DNA from: Cycas panzhihuaensis
Taxonomy: Eukaryota; Plantae; Cycadophyta
DNA: 64,000 nucleotides
Reading direction: 5' to 3'
Assembly (NCBI GenBank): GCA_023213395.1
Contig: CM041465.1
Location: 37,827,741 to 37,891,740, forward strand
Shown: positions 56,501 through 64,000 of the stretch, in pieces
How positions within the stretch are numbered: position 1 is the first letter of the stretch
Layout: each line of letters starts with the position of its first letter
The notes under the pieces: generated by a model
Database searches by the model: none
What the model was told of the DNA's origin: nothing
Seen by the model: the letters and a program-made list of their open reading frames with translations, nothing else
Program-made: the position numbers and the translations under genes

Positions 56501-57735
56501 GAGGAGTTGGAGGCCCAAGACACGAAGCAGAGTATTTTGGCCCTAAAAAATGAGCTTGACCAACGTTATATCCCGAGAAGAGCTAAAGAAGATGTGATCA
56601 TATAGGCTAATTCCCCTTCGAGGGAGTATACTGTGAAGCAGGGATACAAAACCATATGTTTGGATACGGGGGCCATGAAGAACCCACTATTGGAGGGAGC
56701 GTGGAAACTGGGTTTAATAGCCAAGGTGGTAGTCTTTTGGTGGCTTTACCTGAAAAACAAGATTTTAACAATGGATAACCTCCAAAAGCACGGTTTCGCT
56801 ATACCAAACAGATGTGTGTTGTGTAAGAAGGACGAGGAAACGTTGGATCACATTAGCACTCATTGTTCCTTCTCTAAAAGAATATGGTCTCTTATTTGGT
56901 CCTAATTTGGGATAACGTGGGTGTATCCTAAGACCCTTGAAGACCATTGGATGTCATGGAAATCTCCTTTTAGGAGTAAGACACTAGGCTCTCTTTGGAA
57001 AACTACCCGGCCAACTGTGGTGTGGAACCTCTAGAAGGAACGAAATAGAAGGATTTTCCAGGGGAAGGAAATGGATGAGATTAGACTCCACGGAATGATA
57101 TGTGCAGCAATAGGGGAATCGGTTAAAACCTCGGATGACGAAAGCACTTCTGATCTTGAGGGCAACATCATTGATGGGTGTGGTATTGGAAGACCAAATA
57201 AAACTAGGACCAGGAGAAGGAAGTGCTCTTGGCGTCCACCTATAGCTAACTGGGTCAAAATAAATTTTGATGGAGCATCTAAAGGTAGCCTTGGCGAGGC
57301 AAGAGGGGGAGGCTTATGTAGATACCCAGATGGTAAAATATGGTGGGCCTCCGGAGAATATTATGGCCAACAGACGAACCATAGGGTTGAGCTTAAGGCT
57401 ATGCGAAGAGCAGTGCTTATGATTGCTAAGGACGACTACGACAAGGTGGTTATTGAAGGAGATTCGCTAAATGTGGTTAGGATTCTCAAGGGGATAGTGT
57501 GACAGTTTGGCATAATGAAGACATGGTTAGGGATGCCCAAGATGCTCTATGGTTGAAAGAGAGTTTTTATATCTGCCACACGTACAAAGAGAGAAACACA
57601 ACAACCGACTAATTGGCCAATTGGGCGATTTCGAATAAGAGTCTCAAGGTCTAGAAGGAGGATTTCCCAGAAAAACTTTTGAATCTGGTCAAAATAGACG
57701 TGTTTTCCCATGAGGGGGGGATAAGCTAGCCACAA
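53522..57735 (+). pseudogene. LINE J ORF2 (AP endonuclease, RT, zf-RVT, RNase H), disrupted
   Basis: MRIISWNIRGLN...MLQETK; YTWSN...LDR; KFDMSKAYD, RQRDPLSPYLF; PNRCVLCKKDEETLDHISTHC; KINFDGASKG...TNHRVE...IEGDS. Confidence 0.95.
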
Positions 57736-58358
57736 GGCTTGTCGTGGCAGTTTGGGTTAGAGTGGAGAGGGTGGTCTGAGATTAGCTAGGCCATGGGCTT
57801 GTCATGGCACTCTAGTTTTAGTCGATAGGCAGACTCTGTAAAAGGTTTGGAGCCCTTTTAAAACCCTTCATATTTTTACCATATCAAAAAAAAAAAAATG
57901 TCATATTGCTACTAATTACCCAATATGCCTTTTTTTTACTCTCTCACATCATTATTTCATTTTGATCTTTCTTTTTATCACTTTCACAATTTTTTTAATT
58001 TATCTCACTCATTGTTTGCTTTCACTTTTTCACATGATTTTTCTTTTCTAATTTTCTTGTTGCCTGCTTGTCGCCTTGGCAAATCTATTAAGCAAACTCA
58101 TACATAGCCTTGTCCTTATCTTGAAGCAATCATTATTCTCTCATATAGTTTTCTTTAGGGTTTTCTCAAGCTAACAATTAACAAGTGCTTGACAAAAGTT
58201 CTCTTATTACAATGTTTTGCAGGAAAAAGATAGAAAAGGAAAATATGCTTTGGCCATCACATATACATGCACACCACAACAAACAAGGCAAAAGTCACTT
58301 GCATGCCTTGTTTGATTTACATTTGGCCAAAAAAACATATCAATTTGTTTTTAAAAAA

Positions 58359-58848
58359 TATACAAAATAAATTGATGCAACAAAAATATACCAAAAACTT
58401 TTGTTGTGGGAGAATTTGTTGTACATGCACGAATACCTTCAAGTACCCATAGAAATAATGTTCCTTGTCAAGTGAATTTATTCCTCCATTCTAAAGTATG
58501 TCTACCCCCTCTACATAGAAAACACCCTTTCATGTTGTTCACGTAACTATTTATATGTGATAACTTCTGCTATTGCCTTGAGGTTGACTTCATAATAGTT
58601 ATACAAAATAAATTAATACAACAAAAATATACCAAAAACTTTTGTTGTGGGAGAATTTGTTGTACATACACCTATACCTTCAAGTACCCATAGGAATAAT
58701 GCTCCTTGTCAAGTGAATTTATTCCTCCATTCTAAAGTATGTCTCAAAGGCCCCCTCTACATAGAAAACACCCTCTCATGTTGTTCACACAACTATTTAT
58801 ATGTGATAACTTCTACTATTGCCTTGAGGTTGACTTCGTAATAGTTAT
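58359..58848. repeat. About 241-bp tandem duplication in the H LTR
   Basis: 58359-58599 matches 58600-58848 (second unit has a 6-bp insertion). Confidence 0.93.
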
Positions 58849-59114
58849 TAACTTAAATTTTGTTGTGATTAAGGATCACAACACAAATAACTAAATAACC
58901 ATTCCTATTACTCCTCATCAATTTCCCCATGCAATGAAAGATAATAGCCTGTGGTAGGGGCGTTTGTATCTCATCCAAGCAATAATTCCTTCCCTCCATG
59001 GAATGCTATAAATATTTTTCCTAAGTTCATAGCAAATGTCCCCAATGTTTGGAGCCATTGAGATTTCAGGACTGCATAGACTCCCCTAAGTCTAAGGACA
59101 AAGAAGTTGGGGAT

Positions 59115-59601
59115 TGTAATGTTCCCAAAATAAAGAAGTCGGTTTTATAAGAAGAATTTATTATGATAAAGTCAATTTTTTGAAGAATCTTTTATTTTAT
59201 TTTATTATAAAGTTAGTTTTTGAAGGAAAAAATAAGATATTGGGTTTTGAAGGCTATAAATAGAGCAGCCTCTCTCATTTATAAATCAGTCTTAGAAAAG
59301 TTTGTTATGTTAGAAAATGGCTTCATGCCATTAGAGCCTTACGCCTGTTAGAGGATTGCACCCATCTCAAAGAGGGTTGCTACTAGATTCTGTATCAGAT
59401 TCCGTTATTAATTTATAATCATTTTCCGTTGTTATTTATCAATGCTTGGATGTTATACTACATATAACTATTGAATGATACTTCATGGAAATGTACTGTT
59501 GTAAATACTGTGAATGTATAAAATCCATTGTTAAATACTGTGATATGTTGTGATTATTGCCATAGCTTCTGTTTTGCAATCTATCCAATGGCCCTGCTAC
59601 A
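59115..59601 (+). mobile_element. Solo LTR M (487 bp) inside the protease of K
   Basis: TGTA...TACA termini, perfect TSD GGGAT (59110-59114 / 59602-59606), no PBS or PPT; strand taken from the TATA box. Confidence 0.88.
59255..59262 (+). promoter_or_regulatory. TATA box of solo LTR M
   Basis: ggcTATAAATAgag followed by a CT-rich tract, a typical LTR U3 promoter layout. Confidence 0.6.
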
Positions 59602-59977
59602 GGGATCGCATTACACTCCCTATGGTTAATTTTGGTTGTCTATAGATTATCTTGCATTGCAAGGTTCCAACTTCTACCATCATTGCTTGGCAATCATTGG
59701 TTGGACGTGAACATATTGAGTCATTTGACGATGCCAATATCTACGAAGTTGTGTATACTCCCAAAGTCTACTAAGCCTGGAACTTTTTGCTTCTTTAGTT
59801 ACCCCAAGTTAAAGCTTGTGGTTGCACAATACCGAATGGCAAACAGGGACACCATGGGTGTCTTCTACTTATTCAAAAACTTCCTCTTCTGTTTTGGACT
59901 CTTCTACTTCCTCCCCTTCTAGTACAATGAAGCAGAGTTGTCTTTCTAAACATTTATGGCCTCAATGGTACTTATTG

Positions 59978-62499
59978 CACCAGAGGCAAATCCCCACTTT
60001 CTAAGACTTCTATTTTGGGGCGGTCAACCTCTGGATTGTTCTCTCAATGGTGGCAAGATGTACTTGCATGGCTGTATTGAAGCAAAATTTTGTGCCTCAA
60101 TTACTTTGGCTTCTTTTATGGCCTCATCCTATTCTGTGTAGGTCCCTGTTTCTAATTATATTCAAATGGCTGGCTATAGTTTCCCAATGAACAGTTTGGT
60201 TTTCTGTTTTTCAATCATGTCAATTACCAAAGAAGCTATTCTTGGAACTTTGCACTATATTTTTCCACAAAGTCATGTTGTTGAAGGCTAGTACATTGGA
60301 CAAAATAATTGTAGTTCCATATTTCATCAAATCGTCAAAAGGCAGCCTCGCAGAATTCATCCCATGCAAGCGCAAGTCTGACATCTTCCTTTATCTAGAT
60401 CTAGTAATAGAGTCAATCATAATTCATAAACAGTGGCCTCCATATTTATCCCAGCAAAGTATACATTTCCCATGGTGGAGCATTCTGGTTAGAGCCTGGA
60501 AAAGTCATCCAATTTTCCTACCCAAATACAGCAGTTCATGATTTCTCCTTCAACAAATTTCAAAATTTTAACCTTGTCATATATTTTTTTTCTAGGCAGG
60601 CCTTGCCATGCAAAACAAAAGTTCTCTTTCAAACTACCTCCTCCATTGTGACCACCTGTCAGTGTCTTCACCATGGATGTTAATTCTTCTATTGCTTCAT
60701 TCGTGTGTGTTTTCCTCTAAACAATTGACCTTATTGTTTAATTCTGTATTCATGATTCCCATCTTGTGATATGGAAGTGAAGAAATAGAACAGGCAAAAC
60801 ACTACACACAAACAATACAGTAAATTTTCACCTTGAACTGTCACAAACAAGTAGAGTCTGAATGACAACAGTACAAGGTCTTTTTGCTCCTTCCTCTCTT
60901 CTTTTTTTTTGCCCCCCATCTTTCATTTCTTTTCTTCTTCTTTTTTAAATAATTATGACGGGGAAAAACTCAAACAGCCTCAAAAGTATGTCTGAATGGC
61001 CGCCTTACAATTTTATCAAGTACTTGAAAAAATTTGTCCTAAGAACTACCGTGAAACTAGTTTACCATAAATGGAACATTAAATTGTAAGCAGTTAATTT
61101 TCATCCAAACGATTTAAAAATATCATAGAACATCAGATGTAGGTGCAACAAACCTTGGCATCCTTTAATGAGTTGAAAATTTACACGTGGGCATTCCTAC
61201 AGAGCTATAAGCCACTTTCCACAATCATGAGGGTTTCCACCAGAGGCAAATACCCACTTTCTAAGACTTCTATTTTGGGGCGGTCAACCTCTGGATTGTT
61301 CTCTCAATGGTGGCAAGATGTACTTGCATGGCTGTATTGAAGCAAAATTTTGTGCCTCAATTACTTTGGCTTCTTTTATGGCCTCATCCTATTCTGTGTA
61401 GGTCCCTGTTTCTAATTATATTCAAATGGCTGGCTATAGTTTCCCAATGAACAGTTTGGTTTTCTGTTTTTCAATCATGTCAATTACCAAAGAAGCTATT
61501 CTTGGAACTTTGCACTATATTTTTCCACAAAGTCATGTTGTTGAAGGCTAGTACATTGGGCAAAATAATTGTAGTTCCATATTTCATCAAATCGTCAAAA
61601 GGCAGCCTCGCAGAATTCATCCCATGCAAGCGCAAGTCTGACATCTTCCTTCATCTAGATCTAGTAATAGAGTCAATCATAATTCATAAACAGTGGCCTC
61701 CATATTTATCCCAGCAAAATATACATTTCCCATGGTGGAGCATTCTGGTTAGAGCCTGGAAAAGTCATCCAATTTTCCTACCCAAATACAGCAGTTCATG
61801 ATTTCTCCTTCAACAAATTTCAAAATTTTAACCTTGTCATATATTTTTTTTCTAGGCAGGCCTTGCCATGCAAAACAAAAGTTCTCTTTCAAACTACCTC
61901 CTCCATTGTGACCACCTGTCAGTGTCTTCACCATGGATGCTAATTCTTCTATTGCTTCATTCGTGTGTGTTTTCCTCTAAACAATTGACCTTATTGTTTA
62001 ATTCTGTATTCATGATTCCCATCTTGTGATATGGAAGTGAAGAAATAGAACAGGCAAAACACTACACACAAACAATACAGTAAATTTTCACCTTGAATTG
62101 TCACAAACAAGTAGAGTCTGAATGACAACAGTACAAGGTCTTTTTGCTCCTTCCTCTCTTCTTTTTTTTTGCCCCCCATCTTTCATTTCTTTTCTTCTTC
62201 TTTTTTAAATAATTATGACAGGGAAAAACTCAAACAGCCTCAAAAGTATATGTCTGAATGGCCGCCTTACAATTTTATCAAGTACTTGAAAAAATTTGTC
62301 CTAAGAACTACCGTGAAACTAGTTTACCATAAATGGAACATTAAATTGTAAGCAGTTAATTTTCATCCAAACGATCTAAAAATATCATAGAACATCAGAT
62401 GTAGGTGCAACAAACCTTGGCATCCTTTAATGAGTTGAAAATTTACACGTGGGCATTCCTACAGAGCCATAAGCCACTTTCCACAATCATGAGGGTTTC
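59978..62499. repeat. 1260-bp head-to-tail tandem duplication covering the gag of K
   Basis: 59978-61237 vs 61238-62499; about 9 substitutions and one 2-bp indel; 2-bp CA microhomology at the junction. Confidence 0.98.
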
Positions 62500-64000
62500 C
62501 AAGGAAAAACATCTATATCTCATTCATTTGATCATGATCAAGACAATACTTGAACTGTAGTCGGAGTAGTAGGCACACCTAGTTGTGCCAAAAAAGCAGT
62601 TGGAGTTTGTACAGAACCAAACAGCCTCCTCAACAATCTACTAGTTGTACACAGGTTTTCATAGAAAACCCTCACTGATTCACTGCTTTGCAACATGTTT
62701 TTGAACCTCTTGGCTTGACTGGCCTGGTCAACAACTTTCCAAAGTGATTGCATGTGAAAAACATTCAAAATTAGTATTCACTACTCAGCAAAATGCTAAA
62801 AATGAGTCTCAGAACATACTGCTGCTCTGCAGTCTTTTCATTGCTTCATTTCTTGTGCTCCCAGCATTTGAATGCCTGTACACAACTTTGATAGGCTGTT
62901 TTAATAGAAAAAACTCATAAAAGTTGCTTAAATCACAGTAAAGTTTGCAAAAATTCCATGACCAAGCTGCAAGACTACCCTTAAACTGAGCACCGAGACC
63001 TCAAAAACATCATGTTGAAGTTTCATGACCAATGGTGCAGTGATCTGTTCATGGCAAGATACAGAAGCAGCATGTAGTGGAGAAGGTTTTTGAGCCTGCC
63101 GACTGCTTCATGAAATTATTCAACGAAATATTGACAAATGGAAAATGATCTGTGGATGCAACAGAAGAGGTGGCTCTGATACCATTGATGTTCGCTGAAC
63201 CCTGATAGTGGCAAATTCATGCCTAACAGATACAAAAGAATTAATGTCAATGTAGATCAGAGTCGAACTTGATGAGAGACAATGGTTTTTGTTCCAAAAG
63301 GTGCCGAGTACAGGGGTGCTCTGCTTTACTTATAGCCGAATGGCACTAATCTAGACACTTTTAGAATCTTCTTGCAGTTCCCTACTGCTATCCCTCAATT
63401 TAGCAAGTACTAAGGCACTCACTTTATACGGACGTCAGCTCATAACAAAGAGTGTTTTGATAAGAATGCAACAAAAGAAAACAGTTACAAGATTGCAATA
63501 GCAGATTTGGTGAGAAGATTGTGGGCCATCAAAACTTCAAAGGTTGGCGATCAAGTTCCTAAACCAACATGCTATTGTTTCTTCTCATGAAAGGAAATGT
63601 AACAACTTACAAACTTGGGAATTTATATCCACATTAATCTAAGACTGTTACGAAGATTACCCCAATGGGAAGATTCAACACATACAACAAAAGCATCAAA
63701 TGAGTAGGATTATGATCATGATCCTGATCCTGATCCTGATAAGGCATCAACATTCCACAAATGATGGATACCTCCAATTAGACTCACCTGATATGAAACA
63801 GCATGCTGAAGGCCAACTGTTGTCATATTTCAAATTTACATTTTAGTTCTTCAATGCTGCATGCCTTATTTTGTAATATATATGCTTCCTGATGTAATTC
63901 ATGCATCTACATAGAAGTCAGCACAACAAACAAATTTGATGTAATCAAGTACCTTTGTGTAAGTTGGCACTATGACCACGCTATATGCTATCAGGGGCAC

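Larger units (their letters stand above)
44882..57898 (+). mobile_element. Full-length L1-clade LINE J (about 6.1 kb net) with C-terminal RNase H, interrupted by Gypsy I
   Basis: TSD gtcatattgct at 44871-44881 and 57900-57910 (aaaggtcatattgct / aaatgtcatattgct, 14 of 15); poly(A) 57886-57898; ORF1 and ORF2 remnants. Confidence 0.93.
42711..58883 (+). mobile_element. Family H 3' LTR (pieces 42711-43949 and ~57922-58883), interrupted by filler and LINE J
   Basis: PPT aagggggcaaa before TG at 42711; similarity to H copy 1 resumes after the LINE; ends ...ggatcacaaca (58880-58883). Confidence 0.75.
58884..63749 (-). mobile_element. Old Ty3/Gypsy element K (Reina/Tekay-like gag and protease), truncated on the left after the protease
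   Basis: Perfect PBS TGGTATCAGAGCCAC at 63170-63184; 5' LTR from 63186 to 63698 or 63749; gag WDEFCEAAF*RF...LQQHDFVEKY...KLFIGKL, CLWCNKYH*GHKC; protease LVDFGSIHNFVD and AVLKSQWLQTLG. Confidence 0.82.

Noticed and set aside
59602-59615. Alternative right end of solo LTR M at ...gcattaca (7-bp inverted match to tgtaatg)
   Set aside because: It gives no TSD, whereas an end at 59601 gives a perfect GGGAT.
60242-62179. Duplicated ORFs of 60-99 aa as a tandem host gene pair
   Set aside because: They are antisense or off-frame readings of the decayed gag and leader of K within the 1260-bp duplication.

Overview
AT-rich plant nuclear DNA, probably from a large-genome seed plant such as a gymnosperm (inferred from element types and decay pattern, not proven). 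It consists almost entirely of nested, decayed retroelements. I found no intact host gene, RNA gene or CRISPR array. Most boundaries resolve to the base from LTR pairs, tRNA-iMet PBS, PPT and target-site duplications (TSD). Nest 1: Copia A (533-11353, -) holds solo LTR C (3551 + 8773-9334), which is split by Copia B (3557-8772, -). Nest 2: non-autonomous LTR element G (12104-30588, +) holds CRM-like Gypsy E (15651-30555, -) in its 3' LTR; E holds gag-only element F (16233-19855) and Copia D (24153-29489). A and G both interrupt an older degenerate PMD-like/coiled-coil frame. Nest 3: a long Tat/Ogre-like LTR (family H) contains a mosaic filler, then a full-length RNase H-bearing L1 LINE J (44882-57898) inserted into a gag zinc knuckle, and J contains Gypsy I (46044-52931). 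A 6.7-kb part of nest 3 is duplicated (34551-41248 vs 42084-48691). The right end is an old Gypsy K (-) carrying a solo LTR and a recent 1.26-kb tandem duplication. The most interesting signals are a hairpin that loops out the PPT in four unrelated Copia-type families, a gag-plus-RNase-H-tail non-autonomous element, an insertion at the very tip of a solo LTR, templated repair scars, and about 10-fold uneven divergence within one duplication. Percent values are hand counts.
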